A DNA stretch of 64,000 bases from Bdellovibrionia bacterium (GCA_040399745.1 JBBARP010000001.1:202617-266616); one strand, 5' to 3'. Shown: positions 37,078 through 46,715, counted from the first letter of the stretch. Translations and numbers: made by a program. The notes: generated from the letters alone by a model not told the origin.

Positions 37078-38879
37078 ACTGGGCGGGAATTCACTGGGCC
37101 AATTCTAAAATTCTTGGGGCTCTTGCTCTCGTGCCGCTTTTAGCGATTTGGGCCGAATTGAATTTAAGGGCCAGGCGGAAGAGTTTTGAAAAGTTCGCAG
37201 CTCCCTCGATTTGGAGCCGGATTGCACCTGAACTGGACTGGGCAGCTCCGCGCGCTCGTTGGTTCATGGCTTATTTGGCTTTGGTGTTTTCCATTTTAGC
37301 GCTGGCGCGCCCTCAATGGGGTGAAGTGGAGCGCTTTGAAAAACTCACGGGCGCAGACGTGATGATTGCGCTCGATGTGTCTCAGAGCATGGACACCGAA
37401 GATGTTCCGCCGAATCGGTTGAAGAAGGCGCAGCACTTGGTGCGCGGGCTCCTGGATCGTTTGGCAGGCGAGCGCGTGGGCCTGGTGGCCTTTGCCGGAA
37501 ACGCCCAAGTCATTTCGCCCCTGACCACCGATTTGGATTACCTTCGGCTGGCGCTCAGTAACGTGAACTCCCGAAGTATCCCGGTTCAAGGCACGGACCT
37601 CGGCGGCGCTTTGAATGTGGCGCATCGAGCTTTGGCCGAAGGCTCGGAAGAAGGGTCCGGAGATCCGGAAGTGTCGGTGAACCAGAGTTCTCGCACGCTG
37701 CTACTTTTGTCCGACGGCGAGGATCATGAGGACGCAGCCCTGAAAGCGGCGCGAGAGCTCGCGCAAGATGGGGTGCGGGTTTTAGTCGTGGGACTGGGAA
37801 CTGCCGAAGGGGGACCGATCCCTGTGCGCGACGAGCAAGGTCAGGCGCGAGGGCAGAAGCGCGATCGCCGAGGTGAAATCGTCGTCAGCCGTTTCCGTCC
37901 CGACGCGCTTCAAGCTTTGGCCAAGGAAGCTCAAGGGAAATACTGGCAAGCCAGCCTGAGCGAATCGGAGCTCGAGAGTATTCTCTCTGAGATCAATTCA
38001 GCCAATCGCCGCGAGCTGAACGAGCGGAAGATCATCATTCGTCAGGAGCGCTTCCTCTACCCTCTGGCTTTGGCCATCTTGTTTTATGTTCTTCACCTCG
38101 CCTTGCCGGTCCGGGGTCAGCCCCGAGGGGTTCATGGCGTGGCGCTCTTTTGGGTGGCAGCACTTCTGGGGATAACCACTGGCCTACCGAAAGCCCAGGC
38201 CAGCGAAGCGCGCCCGAGCACCCGAGCTTATTTTCATAATGAGCGAGGAGTTCGGGCGGCAAAAAAAGGAGACTGGGCGGCTGCTCGCAGGGAGCTTGGA
38301 ACCGCTCAAGCGCTTCAACCCGATTCCACGGTCTCTCGGTACAATCAGGGAACGCTTCACCTTCAGCAGGGTGAACCCGATCGCGGAGTGACGGCCTTAG
38401 AGAAGGCAGCTCGCGATTCCGAGAACGCGCAGGATCCAAAGCTTTCAGGCCTGGCCTGGTTCAATGCGGGCGTGGGAAACGCAGCTCAGGAGAAAAAAGA
38501 TCCGGCAGTCGCAGCCTACGCTCAAGCCATCCGCCAGGCCCAGCTGGCCGGCGATTCTCAGCTCGAGGAAGACGCTCGGAACAACCTGATTCAGTTGATC
38601 TTGGTTTCGAAAGAGAAAGGCGAGGGTAAGGATTCGAAAGAAAAGGACCCCTCGCAAAAAGAGCCAGGCGGCAAAGGCCAGTCGGGTGAGTCAGAGCCAG
38701 ATAAGAAGGATTCCAAGCTTGAGGATCCCTCGCAGAGTCGCAGAAAGTACAAGCCCACGAAGCTGACGGCAGAAGATGCACAGAAAGTTCTGGAGGAACT
38801 GGCTCGTAAAGAACAGGAACTTCAGGGCAAAGTTCACCGCAGGAAGCAGGGGCAGCCAGATTTGGACAAGGATTGGTGA
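37074..38879 (+). CDS. batB: BatB-like VWA protein fused to a BatC-like TPR region
   Basis: LARPQWG, MIDAS DVSQS, LSDGEDH, GGPIP, then TPRs (YNQG, WFNAG, DARNNL), a charged linker and terminal KDW. Confidence 0.8.
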   Translation: MNWAGIHWANSKILGALALVPLLAIWAELNLRARRKSFEKFAAPSIWSRIAPELDWAAPRARWFMAYLALVFSILALARPQWGEVERFEKLTGADVMIALDVSQSMDTEDVPPNRLKKAQHLVRGLLDRLAGERVGLVAFAGNAQVISPLTTDLDYLRLALSNVNSRSIPVQGTDLGGALNVAHRALAEGSEEGSGDPEVSVNQSSRTLLLLSDGEDHEDAALKAARELAQDGVRVLVVGLGTAEGGPIPVRDEQGQARGQKRDRRGEIVVSRFRPDALQALAKEAQGKYWQASLSESELESILSEINSANRRELNERKIIIRQERFLYPLALAILFYVLHLALPVRGQPRGVHGVALFWVAALLGITTGLPKAQASEARPSTRAYFHNERGVRAAKKGDWAAARRELGTAQALQPDSTVSRYNQGTLHLQQGEPDRGVTALEKAARDSENAQDPKLSGLAWFNAGVGNAAQEKKDPAVAAYAQAIRQAQLAGDSQLEEDARNNLIQLILVSKEKGEGKDSKEKDPSQKEPGGKGQSGESEPDKKDSKLEDPSQSRRKYKPTKLTAEDAQKVLEELARKEQELQGKVHRRKQGQPDLDKDW

Positions 38880-40873
38880 GGCAAGTGGGGAAAAATCAGG
38901 ACACCGAAAAATCAAACAAACGGGAAGGGTGGGGCGGTCGCTTCCACTTCTCGCTCCCCTTCAGGCTTTTTCTGGTCCCTCTTTTGGTCGCGCATTCGGC
39001 TCAAGCAGCACCCCAGTTCTCTGCCGCGGTAGAATCTCAGGAAGTCGCGCAGGACGAGTCCGTGACTTTGAAACTGACCGTTCGACTGGATGGCTCAGGC
39101 GAGCCGGACAGTGCGCCACGCTTTGAGGCGAAAGACTTCACCCTGGTCAATGAGTTCTCGGAAGCTCCCTATATGGAGGCGGTCGCGGATGGATCGACCT
39201 ACCGAACCACGCAGACCCTGACTTATGTTCGGGTGCTTCAGCCAAAGAAAATGGGCACTTTGACCATCGGCGGCCTGAGCGTCCGAGTCGAAGGTCAGGT
39301 TTTGACTGCTCCGACGCTCAAGATTCAGGTCGGTCCTGGGGGAAGCGCCACCGAGCCCCCGTCAGGTTACGGCGGCGGCGGGATGGGGCTCAGAGGCGCG
39401 GCTAAGAACACCGCACTTTCGGGTGGCTTCAAGCTTCGGGCGGAAGTGGATCAATCCCAAGTTTTTAAGGGCGAGCCCTTGATTGCGAGCTTTTACCTCT
39501 ATGCCCGGGGAGGACTCGACGGACCTGAAGTCTCGAAGTACCCCGCCTTTTCAGACTTCCTTCGCGAAGATCTGGAGATGCCGATCCTGAACCCCGGCGT
39601 AATGCAGGGCGAACAAGTGGTTTTAGATGGAGTCGTTTTCACGCGTTATTTATTGGCTCGCTACCAGTTGATCCCAGTGAAAACGGGGAAGCTCGTGGTG
39701 GATTCCATGACCATGAAGGCCAATTACCGGCCTCGGATTCAGGACCTGTCAGGGGAAGACGCCATTCAGATGGCCTATCAAATGATGATGCCCCGAGCTG
39801 GCGTGAGCTCAAGCGATCCGATCACGATCGAAGTATTGCCTGTGCCGACGGCAGGACGGCCTGAGTCGTTTTCGGGCGGTATCGGGAATTTCGAGATTTC
39901 AGCATCGGCAGATCGCGCAAGTCTTCGCCAAGGCGAGAGCTTTCGCTACACGGTGCGGGTGCAAGGTAAAGGCGACCTGAGCTCGATTCAAGCGCCGGTG
40001 TTGAAACTGCCTGAAGGCTTGGAAAAGTACGAAACCCAGGTTCAAGTCCGCGGCGGCAAAGGCGGCCCGGGCGAGAAAGTGTTTGAAACCCTGATTCTTG
40101 CGAAGAAGGCGGGGCGGTGGACGCTTCCAGCGATCGAGTTTTCGGCCTTTGATCCGTCACGGCGTACTTTCAGCAAACAAAGCGCTACGGAACTGACTTT
40201 AGAGGTGCTCCCAGGCCAGGGAGGGGCTCAAGAGGACGAACCGTTGAAGTTGGGTCAGACTCCCCAGCAAGAGTCGGCAACTGCGGCACCGGGAGCGTCG
40301 GCGACTGGAACGGGAGAGGTGGCTGCGGCAGACCGCTCTCAGCGTTGGAAAGGCTGGATGGGTGCCGGCTGGGCGGACCGCCTGTCGGTGGTCCTTGCGA
40401 GTGTGGGTTTTGGAGCAGGCCTCTGGATTTTCGGCTGGGCGCCCTTGCGGCAGCGCGGCCGAAGCTGGGTTCAAACCCGTCGGGAAAAGCGGCAAGGTCG
40501 CAAGGCCTCGCGCAGGTGGAAGCGAATCGAAAAAGGGGCGGGCAGCGCGCTGCAGTCCCGGTCGGCACCGTTTTCGGAAGTGGTCGAAGTGTATGAGCAG
40601 CTTTCGGGTGTTCTGTTTGACGCCCTCGATGCGCGTTATGGGCTGGGAGCCCGATCGCGTCCGCGACAAGAGCTCGGTGGGCTTCTCCAAGCCGACCACG
40701 GCATGGCGCCTGGGCTTTGGGTGCGGGTGGACAGCCTCTTGGAGTACGCCGAGACCGTTCGTTACGCTGCGGGCAGTGGGGCCGTGAGTGAGTTAGAGGC
40801 CCGTCAGGAGCTGCCGCGCTGGGTGGCGGAAGCGCGGGTTCTGGAGAGCCTTTTGGAAGCCTCGAGCGCGTGA
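38873..40873 (+). CDS. batD: BatD-family protein
   Basis: Signal peptide, repeated beta-rich BatD domains (VFKGEPL; LPVP..GRPESFSGGIGNF; FDP), C-terminal TM. Start uncertain (38873 or 38876). Confidence 0.8.
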   Translation: MVRQVGKNQDTEKSNKREGWGGRFHFSLPFRLFLVPLLVAHSAQAAPQFSAAVESQEVAQDESVTLKLTVRLDGSGEPDSAPRFEAKDFTLVNEFSEAPYMEAVADGSTYRTTQTLTYVRVLQPKKMGTLTIGGLSVRVEGQVLTAPTLKIQVGPGGSATEPPSGYGGGGMGLRGAAKNTALSGGFKLRAEVDQSQVFKGEPLIASFYLYARGGLDGPEVSKYPAFSDFLREDLEMPILNPGVMQGEQVVLDGVVFTRYLLARYQLIPVKTGKLVVDSMTMKANYRPRIQDLSGEDAIQMAYQMMMPRAGVSSSDPITIEVLPVPTAGRPESFSGGIGNFEISASADRASLRQGESFRYTVRVQGKGDLSSIQAPVLKLPEGLEKYETQVQVRGGKGGPGEKVFETLILAKKAGRWTLPAIEFSAFDPSRRTFSKQSATELTLEVLPGQGGAQEDEPLKLGQTPQQESATAAPGASATGTGEVAAADRSQRWKGWMGAGWADRLSVVLASVGFGAGLWIFGWAPLRQRGRSWVQTRREKRQGRKASRRWKRIEKGAGSALQSRSAPFSEVVEVYEQLSGVLFDALDARYGLGARSRPRQELGGLLQADHGMAPGLWVRVDSLLEYAETVRYAAGSGAVSELEARQELPRWVAEARVLESLLEASSA

Positions 40874-40948
40874 TTTTTCCCTAAAAAAGGGGTAGGGTTT
40901 CCTTCGGGGTCGGCATTGAGTCCGCCCCATTTAACGAAAGGAAAACCC

Positions 40949-43150
40949 ATGCGTAATGAGATCATCCGCGACCTCGTGTCCCGGAGTCCCCGGAAATTTG
41001 ACCCGCCCCGAGATGAGCAGGGTCGTCGTCTGAAGGTGTCTGAGTTCTACGGAATGAACACCTTCGACCTTCACCAAATGCGCGAGAAACTCCCAAAGGA
41101 TGTTTTCTCGAAGCTGCAACAAACCATCGAGACCGGTCGGAAGCTCGATGCAGAAGTGGCTAACACCGTTGCCCACGCCATCAAAGAATGGGCGATTTCA
41201 CGCGGCGTCTCGCACTTCACTCACTGGTTTCAGCCGCAGACGGGCTCGACCGCCGAGAAGCACGAAGCTTTCATCAACTTCGACGATCACAAACGAGTGA
41301 TCGAGAAGTTTACCGGTGCTCAGCTCATTCAATCCGAGCCGGATGCTTCGAGTTTTCCCTCGGGCGGAATGCGCACCACTTTTGAGGCCCGCGGCTACAC
41401 GGCCTGGGACCCCACTTCACCCGTCTTCATCATGGAAGGTGCGGGCACGAAAACGCTTTGCGTGCCTTCGGTCTTCATCAGCTACCACGGCGATGCGCTG
41501 GACGAGAAAACCGCACTCCTTCGTTCGATGGAAGCTTTGTCGACCCAAGCATCATTGCTCCTTCAGAAGATCGGCCTTTCTCCGCGCCGAGTGATTCCTA
41601 CTTTGGGTGTAGAACAAGAGTACTTCCTGATTGATCGCGCGTTTTCTCAGCTTCGTCCGGATTTGATCATGACGGGTAGAACGCTGGTGGGCGGACAGCC
41701 TCCGAAAGGTCAGCAGCTGGAAGATCACTACTTCGGTTCGATTCCTGCGCGCGTGCAGGGCTTCATGGCCGAAATGGAGCATGAGCTTTATAAGCTCGGT
41801 GTTCCGGTCAAAGCACGTCACAACGAAGTGGCGCCTTCTCAGTACGAGACGGCTCCGATTTTCGAAGAAGCCAACATCGCGACCGATCACAATCAACTGG
41901 TCATGGAAGTGCTCAGAAAAGTAGCGCTTCGCCATCAGTTCTCGGTACTCCTGCACGAGAAGCCCTTTGCTGGCGTGAATGGTTCGGGAAAACACAATAA
42001 CTGGTCACTCATGATCTCGGCTCCGGGTACCGACATCGACGGCGAAAACCTGCTCGACCCAGGTAAAACGCCCCACGAGAACATCCGCTTCCTTCTTTGC
42101 TTGGCGGCAGTTCTCAAAGGTGTGCACACCCACGCAGGACTTCTGCGCGCGGGCATTGCGTCTGCTGGGAATGATCATCGCTTGGGCGCAAACGAAGCTC
42201 CTCCGGCCATCATTTCGGTGTTTCTCGGAAACTTGCTCGACCGCATCTTGAACGAGATCGAATCGGGCAATTTCGGAGGCCAAGGCGCCGAGGCTGCTGT
42301 GATTCGATTGGGAGTTTCCAAGATCCCAGAAGTGATGAAAGACAACACGGACCGCAATCGAACGAGTCCGTTTGCTTTTACCGGCAACAAATTCGAGTTC
42401 CGTGCTGTGGGTTCGTCGGCATCCGTGGCGTTCCCGGTCACCTTGGTCAATGCGGCTGCAGCCGATGGCTTTGAGCAAGTGACGAAGCTTCTTCAATCGA
42501 AGCTGGATTCCGGGAAGCGCTTGGATGAAGCCTGCCTGGAAACGGTTCGCGAAGTGGTGATAGCCACCAAAGCCATTCGGTTTGAAGGCAATAACTACTC
42601 AGAAGAGTGGGTTATTGAGGCCGAAAAACGCGGCCTCCTGAACCTGCGAAAAACGCCGGAAGCTTTGGAACAGCTGGTTTCGAAGTCGGCGACCGAGATG
42701 CTCCCACGCCTGGGTATCTTCACGGCCGCAGAACTTCAGTCGCGCTACCATGTGCGTTTGGAGCGCTACATCAAGAACCTGTTGATCGAAGTCGATACGC
42801 TGCGCTCGATGGTCGATACGCAGATTCAATCGGCTTGTTTTGAGTACCACGGAGTTTTGATGACCCAAGTGGCCCAAGCGAAAGCTTTGGGAATGTGGGC
42901 GCCTCAGCTTCGCTTGGCCGAGCGCATGGGCGGACTCCTCGAAGCTCTTCAGCAGCGTCGCGACGCCCTGGAAGCGGCGATGAAGAAGTTCGACGACACT
43001 TCAGGTGAGTCGGAAAAAGCCGTGCTTTTGGCAGGGCCGGTATCCGAAGCGATGCTTGAAGTTCGCGGAGTTTGTGACGAGCTCGAATCCATCATGGATG
43101 ACTCGCGCTGGCCGCTTCCGAAGTACCGCGAAATGCTGTTCTTGGCCTAA
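40949..43150 (+). CDS. glnN: Glutamine synthetase type III
   Basis: HFTHWFQP.TG.TAEKH, EPDASSFPSGG.R.TFEARGYTAWD, EQEYFL, HEKPFAGVNGSGKHNNWS, DRNRTSPFAFTGNKFEFRA, WPLPKYREMLF. Confidence 0.95.
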   Translation: MRNEIIRDLVSRSPRKFDPPRDEQGRRLKVSEFYGMNTFDLHQMREKLPKDVFSKLQQTIETGRKLDAEVANTVAHAIKEWAISRGVSHFTHWFQPQTGSTAEKHEAFINFDDHKRVIEKFTGAQLIQSEPDASSFPSGGMRTTFEARGYTAWDPTSPVFIMEGAGTKTLCVPSVFISYHGDALDEKTALLRSMEALSTQASLLLQKIGLSPRRVIPTLGVEQEYFLIDRAFSQLRPDLIMTGRTLVGGQPPKGQQLEDHYFGSIPARVQGFMAEMEHELYKLGVPVKARHNEVAPSQYETAPIFEEANIATDHNQLVMEVLRKVALRHQFSVLLHEKPFAGVNGSGKHNNWSLMISAPGTDIDGENLLDPGKTPHENIRFLLCLAAVLKGVHTHAGLLRAGIASAGNDHRLGANEAPPAIISVFLGNLLDRILNEIESGNFGGQGAEAAVIRLGVSKIPEVMKDNTDRNRTSPFAFTGNKFEFRAVGSSASVAFPVTLVNAAAADGFEQVTKLLQSKLDSGKRLDEACLETVREVVIATKAIRFEGNNYSEEWVIEAEKRGLLNLRKTPEALEQLVSKSATEMLPRLGIFTAAELQSRYHVRLERYIKNLLIEVDTLRSMVDTQIQSACFEYHGVLMTQVAQAKALGMWAPQLRLAERMGGLLEALQQRRDALEAAMKKFDDTSGESEKAVLLAGPVSEAMLEVRGVCDELESIMDDSRWPLPKYREMLFLA

Positions 43151-43151
43151 G

Positions 43152-44537
43152 TCAGCTGGAGAGCGGCGCAAATCGCGCCGTGAACTGACGAAGAACCGGT
43201 GGCTCGTGAAGGATGCGCATTCCGCGAAGCGCTTCCTTCCGGGCCACCACGCTTTCCATGCCCTCGAGAACGTAGTCGAAGTGGCTCTGCGTGTAGCAGC
43301 GTCGCGGAAAAGCGAGTCGCACCAGGTCCATTGCGGCAGGAACGAAGCGTCCTTCTGGATCACGCTTTCCTAGGCTCGCCGATCCCACTTCCACCGTACG
43401 CACGCCGTCGTTCAGGTAGATTTCGATCGCTAAGCTTTGACCGGGGAAATGCTCAGGGGCGATGTGCGGCAGGAAGCGTCGAGCGTCGATGAAAACGGCG
43501 TGGCCGCCGGTGGGTCGCACCACCGGGATGCCGAGCTTTTCCAGACCTTGGGCCATGTACTGGGTCGTGGCCACACGGTAACGCAAGTACTCGGGGTCGA
43601 GCGCTTCTTCCAGGCCCACTCCCATGGCTTCCAAATCCCGAGCGGCAAGGCCGCCGTAAGTGGGGAAGCCTTCGGTCATGATCAGTGAGCTTCGAAGGTC
43701 GTCGATCCACGAGCCTGCTTTCAGCGCGATGAATCCGCCCATGTTCACCAGGGCGTCTTTTTTACCGCTCATCAGCATGCCGTCAGCCAGGGAGAAAACT
43801 TCTTGGGCGATTTCGCGTGGTGTGCGGCCCGATTGTCCGGGTTCGCGGGCATGGATGAACCAGCAGTTCTCAGCGTAGCGACAGGCGTCCAGGATGAAGG
43901 GAATGCCGTGCTTTCGGTAAATGGCGGAGACGGCGCGCAAGTTCTCGAGCGAGACGGGTTGCCCCCCGCCCGAGTTATTCGTCAGCGTGGCCATCCCCAC
44001 CGGGATGGAACCGCGATTTTCTTCGCAGAAACGCTCCAAGCGCGCGACGTCGATATTGCCCTTAAACGGGTGGTCGCTTGCGGGGTCAAGGCCTTCGGCG
44101 ATGACGAGATCGACCGTTTTGCCGCCGCAGTGTTCGATATTGGCGCGAGTCGTGTCGAAGTGGTTATTCGAAGGAACGACGTGGCCTGGGCGAATGATTT
44201 GACCAAAAAGGAGGCGCTCGGAAGCGCGGCCTTGGTGAGTGGGGATGACGTGCTGGTAACCCGTCAGCGACTGAACCACCTCGCGAAACCGGAAGAAGCT
44301 CGACGAACCCGCGTAGCTTTCATCGGCTCGCATCATGGCGGACCATTGATTCGTACTCATGGCCGTCGTGCCGGAATCGGTCAGAAAATCAAAAGTGACG
44401 AATTCGGATGGCACTTGAAACAGGTTGTAGCCTGCCTCACGGATGACTCGTTCCCGCGTCTCGCGGTCATGGAGCTGAAGGGGCTCCACCATCTTGATCT
44501 TAAAAGGTTCGATGATGGTTCGGGTCGAGCGGCTCAT
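43152..44537 (-). CDS. tnaA: Tryptophanase (beta-eliminating lyase, TnaA/Tpl family)
   Basis: EPFKIKMVE, LTDSGT, THQGR, HFDTT, PLP lysine in MSGKKD, EGFPTYGGL. HFDTT and VEVG favour tryptophanase over tyrosine phenol-lyase. Confidence 0.82.
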   Translation of the reverse strand: MSRSTRTIIEPFKIKMVEPLQLHDRETRERVIREAGYNLFQVPSEFVTFDFLTDSGTTAMSTNQWSAMMRADESYAGSSSFFRFREVVQSLTGYQHVIPTHQGRASERLLFGQIIRPGHVVPSNNHFDTTRANIEHCGGKTVDLVIAEGLDPASDHPFKGNIDVARLERFCEENRGSIPVGMATLTNNSGGGQPVSLENLRAVSAIYRKHGIPFILDACRYAENCWFIHAREPGQSGRTPREIAQEVFSLADGMLMSGKKDALVNMGGFIALKAGSWIDDLRSSLIMTEGFPTYGGLAARDLEAMGVGLEEALDPEYLRYRVATTQYMAQGLEKLGIPVVRPTGGHAVFIDARRFLPHIAPEHFPGQSLAIEIYLNDGVRTVEVGSASLGKRDPEGRFVPAAMDLVRLAFPRRCYTQSHFDYVLEGMESVVARKEALRGMRILHEPPVLRQFTARFAPLSS

Positions 44538-45256
44538 GCGGTTCCTGCAACTTTCTTCGCGCGGCCCAGGAGCTCGCGGACTGCGGCATCATCGTCTTGC
44601 GCGCGCAGAAGTTCTGCTTCGCGCTCGGGATCAAGCGCCCGCACCGCTTCCGGCCGAAGAATATGTGTTCGGTCCGTATCGATTGACCAAGCTCCCGCCA
44701 CGCGAAGCTCGGGGTTTCCGCGCGAGCGCGCAAGCTCCACCCACTGCCGAAGTTGCAGGGCATCGGCCACATTGAAGAGTTCAGGTAGGACGGGGAAGAG
44801 AACGTCGGAAGCTGCAGTCAGGCAGTTTTGAAGAAGAATGCCGTCTTGAGTGGGGGAATCGATCAAGATCCAGTCGTAGTTCGGGATGAGGGGCTCGAGA
44901 AAGCGCGCTAGGATGCGCTCGCGATCGGTCCTTCGGGCCAAGTGGTATTCGATCCCTTCAATTCCTGCTTCAGCGGGGACTAGGTCAGGGCCTGATCCGG
45001 TCGTGACCACAAGCCGCGAGCGAAGCGTTCCCTCTTCCGAAGGACGGGACATGAAAAGCTCATCGACGGTGCCAGCCGATTCAAAGGGCGGCTCTCCGGG
45101 GACCACTTTCAGCGCGTCGGTCAGAGTGGCTTCAGGTTGAAGGTCCACCCAGAGAACTCGCTGACCGCTGCGAAAGAGGGCCAGGCCTAAGCGCTTCACG
45201 GCCTGAGCTTTTCTCGGGCCTTCCTTGAAACTGGTAACGGAAAGGGTGATCGACAT
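44534..45256 (-). CDS. ParA/Soj-family protein with a degenerate Walker A
   Basis: GQRVLWVDLQPEATLT, DLVPA, YDWILIDSP, NCLTAASDVLFPV, NPEL. The P-loop reads KEGPRKA. Confidence 0.75.
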   Translation of the reverse strand: MSITLSVTSFKEGPRKAQAVKRLGLALFRSGQRVLWVDLQPEATLTDALKVVPGEPPFESAGTVDELFMSRPSEEGTLRSRLVVTTGSGPDLVPAEAGIEGIEYHLARRTDRERILARFLEPLIPNYDWILIDSPTQDGILLQNCLTAASDVLFPVLPELFNVADALQLRQWVELARSRGNPELRVAGAWSIDTDRTHILRPEAVRALDPEREAELLRAQDDDAAVRELLGRAKKVAGTA

Positions 45257-45265
45257 GCTGCGTCG

Positions 45266-45294
45266 AGTTTAACGAGCTGGGGTAGAAAACACAA
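45266..45294 (-). promoter_or_regulatory. sigma70-type promoter of parA-like/tnaA
   Basis: TTGTGT-N17-TAAACT, 9 nt before the ATG. Confidence 0.45.
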
Positions 45295-45357
45295 TCATTG
45301 CCGCAAGTCCCGTTGCAGCCGCCCGTGCCTCGGGGCTAGCCTAGTAGAATGGGAATG

Positions 45358-45708
45358 ATGGCACCAATCGCCGAACACCTTCGCCAAGCCTACGCCCGGC
45401 GAGTCCAGGAGCGTTCCTGGCTGGGACAGGTGCTTCGCAAGCTCAGGCGTTTTTGGCTGGGTACTTTCTTTCCTGAAAAGATTGAGAAATCGGTCGCCGA
45501 GCGCCAAGGCGACTGCCACCGGTGCGGCCTGTGCTGTGAACTGGTTTATCGCTGCCCATTTCTGGGGCGCGACAGTCAGAACCTGCCTTACTGCAGAATT
45601 TACGGGGACTTGCGGCCGGCCAATTGCCGAAACTATCCATTTGACGCCGTCGACTCAGAAATCGATACCTGCGGGTACACATTCGATTCTAAGCCCGGAA
45701 AGCAGTGA
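45358..45708 (+). CDS. YkgJ/UPF0153-like Cys-cluster (Zn/Fe-S) protein
   Basis: CHRCGLCC...CPFL...CRIY...RP.NCRNYPF...CGY. Start at 45349, 45355 or 45358. Confidence 0.75.
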   Translation: MAPIAEHLRQAYARRVQERSWLGQVLRKLRRFWLGTFFPEKIEKSVAERQGDCHRCGLCCELVYRCPFLGRDSQNLPYCRIYGDLRPANCRNYPFDAVDSEIDTCGYTFDSKPGKQ

Positions 45709-46643
45709 TGAACCCTTTGAGACTCAGTTCCCCGGTCATTCTGACCCTTGGCAATTTTGATGGCGTGCACTTGGGGCACCGGCAGATTCTAGACCTCGTG
45801 GTGGGAAAAGCCCGCTCCCAGGGCGGTTCGGCCGTGGCGATGACCTTTCGTCCGCACCCCCAGTTGGCGCTCCGGCCTGGGACAAAGCTGCCGCTTCTTT
45901 CCACCTATGAAGAGCGGGCACGCTTGATTCGCTCCTCGGGTGTCGATGCTTTGATCGAGGAGCCGTTTTCGCGCGAGCTTTCGAACACCCCGCCTCGGGA
46001 GTTTTTTAACGAAATCGTACTTCGTAGGCTCTCGGCCCGCGAACTGGTGGTGGGCTATGACTTCGCTTTTGGGCGTGGCCGAGAAGGTAGCCTGGAAGTG
46101 ATGCAGGAGCTTTGCGACGCCGCTGGGGTGACGCTGACGATTGTCCCTCCCTTCAAAGTAGAAGGGGAAGTGGCCTCGAGTTCTCGGATCCGCGCCCTGC
46201 TTCTCGGTGGCCACGTGGAAGAAGCCACTCGCCTGCTAGGCCATGAGTTCTTCTATCAAGGGGTGATTGAGCGGGGTGAGCAGCGCGGGCGAAAGCTCGG
46301 GTTTCCCACGGCCAATCTTCGGCCCAGAGACGGGAAGCTCGTTCTGCCTTACGGGGTTTACGCCACCTGGGCGGTCCTGGAAGACGGTCAGCGTTTGCCG
46401 TCGGTGACGAATCTGGGTGTTCGCCCGACGTTCATTGCGCAAGCTGCCGAGGGTGAGGAACAAGTGCCTGTCATTTCCGAGACTCACATCCTCGATCAGA
46501 AAATCGATCTGTACGGTCGCACGCTCGAGGTTCGTTTCGTTGCGCGCTTGCGTGAGGAGCGAAAATTTTCTGGGCTTGAAGCTTTGCGGAATCAAATCGA
46601 GACGGACGTTCAGGAAGCTCGAAAGGCACTGGGACTGGGCTGA
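45705..46643 (+). CDS. ribF: Bifunctional riboflavin kinase/FAD synthetase
   Basis: GNFDGVHLGH, VGYDFAFG, SSSRIR, GRKLGFPTAN, NLGVRPT, ETH, LREERKF. Confidence 0.96.
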   Translation: MMNPLRLSSPVILTLGNFDGVHLGHRQILDLVVGKARSQGGSAVAMTFRPHPQLALRPGTKLPLLSTYEERARLIRSSGVDALIEEPFSRELSNTPPREFFNEIVLRRLSARELVVGYDFAFGRGREGSLEVMQELCDAAGVTLTIVPPFKVEGEVASSSRIRALLLGGHVEEATRLLGHEFFYQGVIERGEQRGRKLGFPTANLRPRDGKLVLPYGVYATWAVLEDGQRLPSVTNLGVRPTFIAQAAEGEEQVPVISETHILDQKIDLYGRTLEVRFVARLREERKFSGLEALRNQIETDVQEARKALGLG

Positions 46644-46715
46644 TTTTGCCGGCTTTTTCCGTCAAAACCCTGCCTCGTTGACGCTTTCTCAAGCGGGCTC
46701 GAAACTGGAAGTCAG

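Noticed and set aside
6551..40874. Identical 15-mer CCTCGAGCGCGTGAT at the ends of galE-gmhB (6551) and batD (40860)
   Set aside because: A match of this length is expected by chance in 64 kb of GC-rich sequence, and the flanks are unrelated.
43152..44537. Tyrosine phenol-lyase assignment
   Set aside because: Has HFDTT and VEVG rather than the Tpl-type FTTT and MERG.
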